Origin: a virus
Taxonomy: Duplodnaviria > Caudoviricetes
IMG/VR virus record: IMGVR_UViG_3300031994_000039
Location: 1-64,000 of that record
Strand: one strand, 5' to 3'
DNA length: 64,000 nt
Shown here: positions 41,711 to 49,757 of the stretch, piece after piece
Layout: each line of letters opens with the position of its first letter
Position numbering within the stretch: position 1 is the first letter of the stretch
Program-made: the position numbers and the translations under genes
The notes under the pieces: model-generated
What the model was told of the DNA's origin: nothing
What the model saw: only the letters and a program-made list of their open reading frames with translations
Databases searched by the model: none

Positions 41711-42883
41711 TTACCTTTCTGGATTCAACATCAGAACCCCTTCAACAATCTTATCAAGTGCGTAGTTAATCTTTTCTTCTGTCAAAAACCAGTCGAACGA
41801 TATTCTTACTGTGCAGAACGCCTCTTCGTCAGTCATCCCGATTGCTTTGAGCACATAACTTGGTACTGTTTCGTGTGAAGTACAAGCTGACCCCGCTGAT
41901 ATATACACTTCATTAGTGTCCAGATACATCAGTAATGTCTCACTGTCAACTCCGAAGAATGTAATGCTCAACGTCTTACCGTTGTTAAATTCCTGGCAGT
42001 TGATTCTGTATCTGCTCGGAGATAATCTCTTAGAAAGCTCATCACAGAAATACTCAGACAAATCCTTAGTATAATCAAGGAATCCTACATTTTCTGATAA
42101 TGTCAGAGCTGCTTCACCGAACCCTACAATACCCGGGACATTTTCTGTTCCCGCTCTCATTCCAAATTCCTGAGCAGAACCGCCATCAATCAGATGAGTT
42201 TCCACCTTCGGAAGACTTGGAAGCGAGAACCCTAAAGACTTAGGATCCCTTATATAAAGACATCCAACTCCCTTAGGTCCGTGTATCTTATGTGCTGAGA
42301 ATGAAGCGTAATCACAGCCGAGTTTCTTAACATCAACCTGAAGGCAAGATAATGCCTGGACACAATCAACATGAAGTTTCATTCCGAATTTCTTGCAATA
42401 TTCTGAGATCATTTCGATATCATTCACCGCACCTGTTTCGTTGTTGACATACATTGTAGAAACTAATGTCTTATGTGGTACTGCCACGCTACTGAGCTTT
42501 GTCTTAACTTCCTCTTCGGACAGAACACACTGTTCATTTACCTTTAACACTGGAGAACCAAGCACTTCATGGTATATTGAACTGTACTTTAAAACAGATT
42601 TATGTTCGACATTAGAACATATAATATTTGAGCATCCCTTGGCATTCTTGATTGCAAGATTGTTTGCTTCAGAACCGCCAGATGTAAAGATTATCTGTTC
42701 CGGTTCCGCATTGATTAACGCAGCAACCTGTTCTCTCGCCTTATCAATTGCAGCCTTAGCTTCTCTTCCAAGATTATACTTACTTCCTGGATTGCCATAG
42801 CACTCCTGTAAATAAGGGAGCATCGCGTTCACTACGTTACCAAGTGGCTTTGTTGTGGCTGCGCTATCTAAATAAACCTGCAT
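41711..42883 (-). CDS. iscS: Cysteine desulfurase (IscS/NifS family)
   Basis: YLDSAATT, FTSGGSE, NNETG, SAHKIHGPKG (PLP Lys), SAGSAC (catalytic Cys). Confidence 0.93.
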   Translation of the reverse strand: MQVYLDSAATTKPLGNVVNAMLPYLQECYGNPGSKYNLGREAKAAIDKAREQVAALINAEPEQIIFTSGGSEANNLAIKNAKGCSNIICSNVEHKSVLKYSSIYHEVLGSPVLKVNEQCVLSEEEVKTKLSSVAVPHKTLVSTMYVNNETGAVNDIEMISEYCKKFGMKLHVDCVQALSCLQVDVKKLGCDYASFSAHKIHGPKGVGCLYIRDPKSLGFSLPSLPKVETHLIDGGSAQEFGMRAGTENVPGIVGFGEAALTLSENVGFLDYTKDLSEYFCDELSKRLSPSRYRINCQEFNNGKTLSITFFGVDSETLLMYLDTNEVYISAGSACTSHETVPSYVLKAIGMTDEEAFCTVRISFDWFLTEEKINYALDKIVEGVLMLNPER

Positions 42884-43686
42884 TAACTTACTTCCTCCTT
42901 AACTTCCACAATATCACAACCGGATAAGTAGTTGTGATCTACGGAGCCGAGATTTAAATTCCTATACGCTTCGTCAATTTCCTCCGCCGTGATTCCTATG
43001 TAAGCAAGTGTTTGTGCTGGGGAAGAATGATTCAACATCTTCTGAAGCAACATTAACTTACGTGGATCGTTATGGCTCATTAACATCTGATGATAACAGA
43101 ATGTCTTTCTCAACGAGTGAGTGGACATCTTCATATCCAGTGATAAATCATCTGCGATCCTGTACAGAATTCCATTGATTGACCTAACATCAAGCGGACT
43201 GTTCACGTTCTTTCCTCTATTGGACAAGCTACGAAACATGAAATCGCTGAGCGAAACGCCGTCTGTATGTTCAAGATATAATGTAACCGCCTCAATTACT
43301 GCATCGTTGACGGTTATATATCTGTTGACTTTCTTTTTCCTGGTGTTCCTTGTCTTCTTCTCGAAGACCGGAAATCTGTCTTTAAAAACAAAATTCGGAT
43401 TGATAATGTTAGCAAACCTCAGAAGCCTGAGGTCGCTAACTCTCAACCCGAAGTTAATTCCTACAACAAACAGCATGTAATCACGCCATCTGCCGTTCTT
43501 TTTTAAATAATCACAAACCCTTTCAATATCTTTCATACTCTTGATCGGGTCTGATGTTCTGTCTTCACAGACATCTTCTGGACAACTCTGTGTTGCCGGA
43601 GCAATAAGCCCCGCACTGAGCTGCTTGTTGTTTCTCTTGAGCTCTGATACATCAATTGTCTTATACATTCCTGCATCAACTGTCAT
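42883..43686 (-). CDS. Tyrosine recombinase (catalytic-domain type)
   Basis: GLRVSD, EKKT, THSLRKTF, LNHSS, TLAYIG. Confidence 0.9.
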   Translation of the reverse strand: MTVDAGMYKTIDVSELKRNNKQLSAGLIAPATQSCPEDVCEDRTSDPIKSMKDIERVCDYLKKNGRWRDYMLFVVGINFGLRVSDLRLLRFANIINPNFVFKDRFPVFEKKTRNTRKKKVNRYITVNDAVIEAVTLYLEHTDGVSLSDFMFRSLSNRGKNVNSPLDVRSINGILYRIADDLSLDMKMSTHSLRKTFCYHQMLMSHNDPRKLMLLQKMLNHSSPAQTLAYIGITAEEIDEAYRNLNLGSVDHNYLSGCDIVEVKEEVS

Positions 43687-43691
43687 GAGAA

Positions 43692-44090
43692 TCACCACCA
43701 TTCATAATAAAAGACTTCATATGTGTTAAAATTGACCGTTCGTAAGATCTCGGTAAGTTCCCTCGCTGTTCGTTCAACCTCATCATAATACCACCGGTCA
43801 TATTCAGTTCCTCCGAAGAAGTAGCCATCACTCGACGGAAGTAATTTCCTTGATGTACGATGATTTTTATTCTTCTTATAAGCTTCAACAACCTTCAGAC
43901 AGTCATCACGAAGCTGAGTAAGCTGCTCCTTTGTTACCGGATGTTCCTCACAATTTGACTCTGTGTTGTATCCTGTATTGTCTACAAACCACTGGCGAAT
44001 CTGATTCGCTTTTCTCCAGTACATAATCTCTCTTGGTTCTGGTGGTTCCTTAACCTTAACCCTCTTGTATAAAAACATATCAAGTCCCAT
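43692..44090 (-). CDS. Conserved phage hypothetical protein
   Basis: MGLDMFL...YWRKANQI...GYFFG motifs. Confidence 0.7.
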   Translation of the reverse strand: MGLDMFLYKRVKVKEPPEPREIMYWRKANQIRQWFVDNTGYNTESNCEEHPVTKEQLTQLRDDCLKVVEAYKKNKNHRTSRKLLPSSDGYFFGGTEYDRWYYDEVERTARELTEILRTVNFNTYEVFYYEWW

Positions 44091-44119
44091 ACTATACTTA
44101 CCTATCCTTTCTACTTACC

Positions 44120-44740
44120 TTAATGTTGATCAAATACTACCTGTTCGCCGTTCTTCAGCGACCAGCAATTAGCAAACGCTAATGCACAATCTGTACAATT
44201 TCCCGGACACGGCTTTGCATCTGGTCTGTGTGTCCAGTGATGCGCCTTGTTCTTAACATGTGCTTCCGGAAGATTGTGCGGATTACTATATTCTTGAGCA
44301 ATCCATATACTGAAGATAACCCTGAGGTTCTCAGGAATCTCAGGGGTTGTTTCATCTTCAATATATTCATTCACAATTTCATACTGCTTTGTAAAGCAGA
44401 GGATTCTGCATTCCGGATTATTGATTGCTGCCTGAACCATGTTCTTGAAGTATTCCATATTAGGAATATCTCCTGACACATGGAATCGGAAGAACTTATT
44501 AAGTGCAAGCACCGCATTAATTTCCTTCCAGAAAACCTCAGGCTGATTGTTAAGCACCTCCCAGTTATGCATATAAGCTGCTCTTACTGGAGGTCTTAAA
44601 TTTTCAAGCTTTCTTGCATAGCAGTTCTTGATGCACTTGGCACCCGGTCTGCATGAAAGTACTGATGGAAGAGATACACTTGCGATCTTTCCCATCTTTG
44701 AGTTGCCCTCTGAAATTTTAAGTGTCATAATCTTACCCAA
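44120..44740 (-). CDS. GP88-like Fe-S/radical-SAM-related protein
   Basis: GNSKMG, C....C...CYA, FRFHVSGD, TK, CPG.C..C...CW, C-terminal H. Confidence 0.65.
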   Translation of the reverse strand: MGKIMTLKISEGNSKMGKIASVSLPSVLSCRPGAKCIKNCYARKLENLRPPVRAAYMHNWEVLNNQPEVFWKEINAVLALNKFFRFHVSGDIPNMEYFKNMVQAAINNPECRILCFTKQYEIVNEYIEDETTPEIPENLRVIFSIWIAQEYSNPHNLPEAHVKNKAHHWTHRPDAKPCPGNCTDCALAFANCWSLKNGEQVVFDQH

Positions 44741-44751
44741 CCTTTCTTTAC

Positions 44752-44952
44752 TTACGCTAAACTTTGCTTTATAACACGCTTTTTCCAGTTGTGCATTTCC
44801 TGTCTTGATGCAAACTCAGGAATCTTCTCGTTAACGCCAAAGTCATAGAGAAGACTCTTGAGATGCTTGAGTTCCCTTGGAGTAGGAACTTTGTTAAAGT
44901 CGTAGTACACATTGGGACCGATATTACTCGGCACCCATCTTGGTCCGCCCAT
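44752..44952 (-). CDS. Hypothetical protein
   Basis: AAAGGGG RBS. Confidence 0.5.
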   Translation of the reverse strand: MGGPRWVPSNIGPNVYYDFNKVPTPRELKHLKSLLYDFGVNEKIPEFASRQEMHNWKKRVIKQSLA

Positions 44953-44974
44953 TGGTTAATCCCCTTTCTGTGAA

Positions 44975-47227
44975 TCATTCTTCGTAGTCGCAGAGGATTT
45001 TTCCCTTGTATTCTTTACCTTCATCTGATTCAAGGAATGCATTTCTGAGCCCAATAATATCGTATGAACGAATTTCCTGCCCCTCTTCCTTGATTCTTCT
45101 GAGGAATCCGTAGAACATATTCATGATTGGTGTTGTAAGTTTGCTTGTTTCGTGCATATAACCCTGTCTGCCAACGACCTGAGCTACCATTCTCATGAAC
45201 TTCCAGAAGTTATAGTAGTTAAGTTTCATCTTAGTCATGTAACCGTTAGCATCTTCAAGAACGAATCCCTCGATTTCCTTGCCGTCATACAGGTAGTCAT
45301 TCTTATGGCATTCATTGTAGAACTTATTGAACTCTGTCCAGTCATTAAACACCGCTGCCTTTTCCTTGCACTCTACACCAATTGTATTCGCAATCACCTG
45401 AGTTTCCTCGTAGCTGTATGCCTCGAAGAATGTGTAGTTGTGAACGACATTTAGGAGTACAAGTTTCTGCTTTGGATATTCTATGATGTGTGGATCATTT
45501 ACTGGGTCAATCACCTCGAAGACGAATGTAACATTATTCTCCTTAGTGTATCCTTTTATTGCCTCAATTGCTTCCTTGGAAACAGTCTTCTCAAGAATTT
45601 CTCTGATGTATCCTGCATGACTGCCTGTTGTACTTGACTTGGACGCAATGAACAGGTCGTCCTTGTATGGATCATATGATACAAGTCCGAGGAAACCATT
45701 TTCTTTTCTGTATGCCGTTACAGGGAATACGAATTTCCTCTTCAGCCATTCAAGCTTTGTTTCTTCACGTTCACCGATGTTGAAGAACTTATCATAAGCA
45801 CGAGCAATTATTCTCTCATTCGGCACATCGACGAATAATCCTCTTGCTCTTGTGGTCATGCCATTCCATTCTTTGTTCTGGAAAGCTTCTCTTGTGAAGT
45901 TGAAGGACGAAATCTCACCCTCTTTAGTTTCCTTGATGAGCTTGCTTGCTCTCATTGCAAGAACCATATCACCAACGGTACCATCGTGTGGATGATGCTG
46001 TGCATAATCATCTGTCTCAGGTTCAAATTCCTTGAATACATCATTCTTCATTTCATGTGTTTCGATCTTTCCATCCGGATAAATCGTTACACCTCTGAGA
46101 CATCCGCCGAACTCAACCTTGCCTTCAAGATTGTAGCAGCAATCATTGACCTCGATCGGAACATCATCAACATTTCTATGACCGTGAATCTGAATACAGT
46201 CAACTGTGTTCTGCATAAATGCATTATCCACTTCAACTGAATCCTTATAATTGCCGACACCCTTAATCATTGTCTTTGTTGGGACAAGTGTAAGATTGTC
46301 AGGCATACAGCTAAGTCCACCGTGAGTTATAAGGAATTCCTTACCGGCAAAATTAAAGTGAGCCATCTGCCATAATTTACGGTAGAACTGCTTTGCATCC
46401 GATCTTGAGATACCGCCTTCTTCAAGCTGCGGTCTTGTATGGAACTCAAATTCCTTGGATACTGATACACAGTCATGACCCCAGTCATTAAGATGGTGTT
46501 CGTGATTTCCTTCGAGGAACACTATATTCTTAAGCTGAGATAATTCGTAGAGGTATGCGAATGTTTCTGCATTCTCGATTCCTCGATCCAGGTAATCACC
46601 AAGGAATATAAAAAGCTCGTCTTCATTAAAAGCCGAGCCATGAAATTCTTCTATGTATTTTTTCAGTGCTGTATAACATCCATGAATATCTCCGATAACA
46701 TGAATCTTCTTATACACACCATTGTAATCTGCAGGTGCGCCCCATACTGTATCCAGTTCATCAGGCTTGATAACCTTGATTCTTCCCGGAATCTTCTGTG
46801 TCTTGAATCTTGCATAAATCTTGTCGATTGCAAATTCCGGAACAACCTTGTAGCCGATTCGCTGTCTATTGCGACGCTTTACTTCCTCTGGATCAATATC
46901 GGTCATATCAATACAGTAGCAGCGATAGCGATAACGTTCACAGAGATCCTTGTATCTGTTCATTTCTGTTGTCTTTGAATTAACTGCGTCGATGACCGTA
47001 AACTCTCCGTTAGCCATACGACGTTCCAGGATTTCAAAGAGGAGATTCCATGCATCATTGCTTAAGCTCTGATCAATTTCCTCATTACCTTCCTTGTTAA
47101 GGATAGGTGAGCCGTATAACATTCTCAGCGAGTCTGCTGAAAGTGTGTACGGCTCTAAGTAGTTGTTTTTAATGAATGTGGACTTCCCGCAACCGGGAGC
47201 ACCACGGAACAGAAGTAATACTCTCAT
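44975..47227 (-). CDS. RNA repair enzyme: polynucleotide kinase + metallophosphoesterase + Rnl1-type RNA ligase
   Basis: GAPGCGKS P-loop; GDIHG, GDYLDRG, GNHE, HGG, HGH; ARGLF, KFFN, KENG, FE, EGFV, K.K. Confidence 0.9.
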   Translation of the reverse strand: MRVLLLFRGAPGCGKSTFIKNNYLEPYTLSADSLRMLYGSPILNKEGNEEIDQSLSNDAWNLLFEILERRMANGEFTVIDAVNSKTTEMNRYKDLCERYRYRCYCIDMTDIDPEEVKRRNRQRIGYKVVPEFAIDKIYARFKTQKIPGRIKVIKPDELDTVWGAPADYNGVYKKIHVIGDIHGCYTALKKYIEEFHGSAFNEDELFIFLGDYLDRGIENAETFAYLYELSQLKNIVFLEGNHEHHLNDWGHDCVSVSKEFEFHTRPQLEEGGISRSDAKQFYRKLWQMAHFNFAGKEFLITHGGLSCMPDNLTLVPTKTMIKGVGNYKDSVEVDNAFMQNTVDCIQIHGHRNVDDVPIEVNDCCYNLEGKVEFGGCLRGVTIYPDGKIETHEMKNDVFKEFEPETDDYAQHHPHDGTVGDMVLAMRASKLIKETKEGEISSFNFTREAFQNKEWNGMTTRARGLFVDVPNERIIARAYDKFFNIGEREETKLEWLKRKFVFPVTAYRKENGFLGLVSYDPYKDDLFIASKSSTTGSHAGYIREILEKTVSKEAIEAIKGYTKENNVTFVFEVIDPVNDPHIIEYPKQKLVLLNVVHNYTFFEAYSYEETQVIANTIGVECKEKAAVFNDWTEFNKFYNECHKNDYLYDGKEIEGFVLEDANGYMTKMKLNYYNFWKFMRMVAQVVGRQGYMHETSKLTTPIMNMFYGFLRRIKEEGQEIRSYDIIGLRNAFLESDEGKEYKGKILCDYEE

Positions 47228-47697
47228 TGTAAATTCCTCCATTTATGTTGTTTTCTTCTGAGATAAGAATCGCCCCTGGATTTCAGGAGCGAATTAGATT
47301 GTTTGTAATCTAAAGACTGAGATCATGATCGTCATTTCTTTCGGGCCGCCAGGCCAGGAAGAAATTTCGATCCTGATCTTTAGGGTTTGCTATTTTGCAA
47401 ACTAACTTTGCTTTACTTTCGCTGACAGCAAAAGCCGCCTTTATTATTCTTAGCCTACTTCCATCGTAGGGAGGAAGAGCGGATTCCCACCGCATTGCCA
47501 ACTTATCAGGTTGGAGGTAAATAAAAGCATGATGTCATTACAAATCTCTAAACCAGTAATTATTCTTGTTAATAATTAACAAGACCCCTCTTTATCTGGC
47601 TACCTTCTGTCTTCCTTGGAGTCAGACAGCTTGGTGACGCATCGCAATAGGCTGTGCGTACTTCAAAGGGTAAATGCGGAGTCTACCTTCCGCCAGG

Positions 47698-47768
47698 TAA
47701 GGTACTAGGGAGTTGCACCCTAATCTCTGCCTTCCAAGGGCAGGGCTTTACTATTAAGCTAGTACCTC
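47698..47768 (-). tRNA. tRNA-Pro(TGG)
   Basis: Cloverleaf; CTGCC-CTTGGAA-GGCAG anticodon arm; atypical T-loop TGCAACT. Confidence 0.75.
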
Positions 47769-48294
47769 ATATAAATATAAGGGAGTTAGATTTCTCCGAC
47801 TCCCTCAAGTATACATCCGAAAACGTATACCCCAATTACTAATCATTGCCTTCACACTAATAGCTAACAGAACTTCCCGCCATAGCTGGGCGGTTATGTG
47901 AAAAGCAAACTCCCGACTACTCAACCGGTATGTTCGTTGGGAGATTTAATTGAAGTTCTCTTTTACACACGCATGTGGCTAATTTCAAACCGGTTATTAT
48001 CCGAAGATTTACCGGAGCAACTAAACCCCTCACGCCACCAGGCGGGCTGCTTAGAAACACGGCTCATTAAAGAGCTCTTCAGTATGTCCTGATTATTTGG
48101 TTGAGGGAAGTAGGTTTCTATTATAATCTCCGCAAGCCTACAAATCCGGGTCCGAAAATATCGCAAAACATTTCTGCTCCGCAACGCAAACGGCGATAAC
48201 CGTTTTCCAATAATGTTCCACCTTTAAGGCAGTGGGACACCTAAAAACTTGCCTCGGTCCGCAGTACATTTCTGTCTTATGCGTGGCAAGCAAG

Positions 48295-48376
48295 TGGGAG
48301 AAGATGGACTCGAACCATCGAAGGACATAGCCAGCGGATTTACAATCCGCCCTCATTGCCGCTAGAGAATTCTCCC
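48295..48376 (-). tRNA. tRNA-Tyr(GTA)
   Basis: GCGGA-TTGTAAA-TCCGC; long variable arm; GGTTCGAGTCC. Confidence 0.9.
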
Positions 48377-48384
48377 GTATTATA

Positions 48385-48549
48385 TCAAGGCACATAATTG
48401 TACATTTCTTGACTTCCTAATTTACGATAATTATTATTCGTAAGTTCTTCTTTTGAATGTCTTACTCTGCGATTCCAAAGTTTCTTGTAGTGCTTCTTAG
48501 ATTCCTTGATACCATCTTTTAACCATCTGTCTTTCTTAGAACCTTTCAT
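48385..48549 (-). CDS. Small basic protein
   Basis: AAAGGG RBS before MKGSKKDRW. Confidence 0.5.
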   Translation of the reverse strand: MKGSKKDRWLKDGIKESKKHYKKLWNRRVRHSKEELTNNNYRKLGSQEMYNYVP

Positions 48550-48569
48550 ATTAAATACCCTTTCGTAGA

Positions 48570-48641
48570 TTGGAGCACCGGGATTTGAACCCGGGAATGA
48601 CGGAGTCAAAGTCCGTTGCCTTACCGCTTGGCTATGCCCCA
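48570..48641 (-). tRNA. tRNA-Gln(TTG)
   Basis: TGGGGCA.. acceptor; ACGGA-CTTTGAC-TCCGT; GGTTCAAATCC. Confidence 0.92.
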
Positions 48642-48742
48642 GGGCAGCTGCAGGAGTTGAACCCGCACCCTCGTCGATTACTTACTGACTGTTTTATCAT
48701 GAATTAACAGTCTGCTTTCACCAACGAGAACCGTTCACTGCC
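48642..48742 (-). ncRNA. tRNA-like RNA with T-arm and acceptor, no D stem and an extended arm
   Basis: GGCAGT/GCTGCC acceptor; GCGGG-TTCAACT-CCTGC T-arm; CTCGTTGGT/ATCGACGAG and GACTGTT/AACAGTC stems. Confidence 0.45.
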
Positions 48743-48895
48743 GTTTGTTCCAACTTTGTTTTCCGTGAGAAGACTTTTCATCCTCTCTTTGAACTCTACT
48801 AAATTAAGGATTTCCTTCCTGTCTGATTCATCAATCTTGCTAAGTCTTTCAGAATCAAAATACCCACCAGAAGTTTTCATAATATCACCTCGAAA

Positions 48896-48970
48896 GTACC
48901 TCTACCGGAATCGAACCGGCGCCTCTTTCCATTACTGGAAAGCGTGTTACCATTCTATCACTAAGCGGCA
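48896..48970 (-). tRNA. Atypical tRNA or pseudo-tRNA (anticodon undetermined)
   Basis: Canonical D and T arms; CTTTC-CAGTAATG-GAAAG gives an 8-nt anticodon loop; acceptor mismatch. Confidence 0.6.
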
Positions 48971-48976
48971 CAATAA

Positions 48977-49048
48977 CAAGAGCCCCAGGAATCGAACCCA
49001 GTCTATCTGTCTTGACAACAGATGTGCTATCCTTTACACTATGCTCTT
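48977..49048 (-). tRNA. Atypical tRNA; anticodon TCA (opal-reading) or a shifted GTC (Asp)
   Basis: TCTGT-TGTCAAG-ACAGA; G at position 33; discriminator G. Confidence 0.65.
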
Positions 49049-49230
49049 GAAGCATATACTATGTGTGGTCAACAACATGGTAGTGAAAACCCGGCATTAA
49101 AGGGGATGCCGGGGAAACTTTAAATGGAGGTTTGAAAGTATGCACAACACCGAAATTTAATATGCTTTTGAAAAGGAGAGTAACTTATGAATAAAAATAC
49201 CACCACACATAGCCTTATATTAGATAATGA

Positions 49231-49302
49231 TTGCGGGAGCCGGACTCGAACCGACGACTTCCAGAATATGGGTCTGGCGATCTACCTCTGCTCTATCCCG
49301 CC
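49231..49302 (-). tRNA. tRNA with CAT anticodon (Met/fMet-like)
   Basis: CCAGA-CCCATAT-TCTGG; G1.A72 mismatch as in initiators; C33. Confidence 0.8.
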
Positions 49303-49372
49303 ATACATAAGCCGCCGACCACTTCCAAAACCGGCGACTTAGAAACCCTTTGTACACATGGCACACGGGCGA

Positions 49373-49430
49373 TTCCGGACCGGGGCCTCGAACCCCGATG
49401 ACCTCCCGGCTTACCATTGCCTGCCCGGAA
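49373..49430 (-). ncRNA. Anticodon-less tRNA-like RNA
   Basis: TTCCGGGC/GTCCGGAA acceptor; GGC-AATGGTAA-GCC D arm; 10-nt linker; CGGGG-TTCGAGG-CCCCG T arm. Confidence 0.55.
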
Positions 49431-49511
49431 CTCAGTCACGTTTTATTTTTATGTCGAGTCAGAACTGAGACACTCGACAATTACGAATCGTTTATTGGCA
49501 CACTGTATATT

Positions 49512-49540
49512 TAGATATACATTAATAGAAATACTGTCAA
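49512..49540 (-). promoter_or_regulatory. Possible sigma-A promoter for the tRNA cluster
   Basis: TTGACA-17 nt-TATCTA (weak -10). Confidence 0.4.
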
Positions 49541-49757
49541 GTTGTTTATAATTCCCACAGTTATGTGGATCAAACAGTATAATTTTTTCAAACACTGACT
49601 GAAGAACTTTTAAATATTTTTGTTTTGCGATCAAACAGAAATTTTAAAACAAAATTCGGTGATCAAGTTTTCGCGTTACTTTCGCTGACAGCAAAAGCAT
49701 GTTATAGTCAACATCATTTCTTCTATCAATCAGTCCCGCGTCTACTGCTGAACGATA

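Noticed and set aside
48642-48880. Full tmRNA
   Set aside because: Too short, no G3.U70 pair, and no internal tag frame between the tRNA-like ends; kept only as a tRNA-like candidate.
47310-49634. ORF-track calls across the tRNA region (e.g. 47310-47501, 47963-48184, 48138-48395, 49220-49417)
   Set aside because: They lack RBSs and overlap tRNAs or structured RNA.
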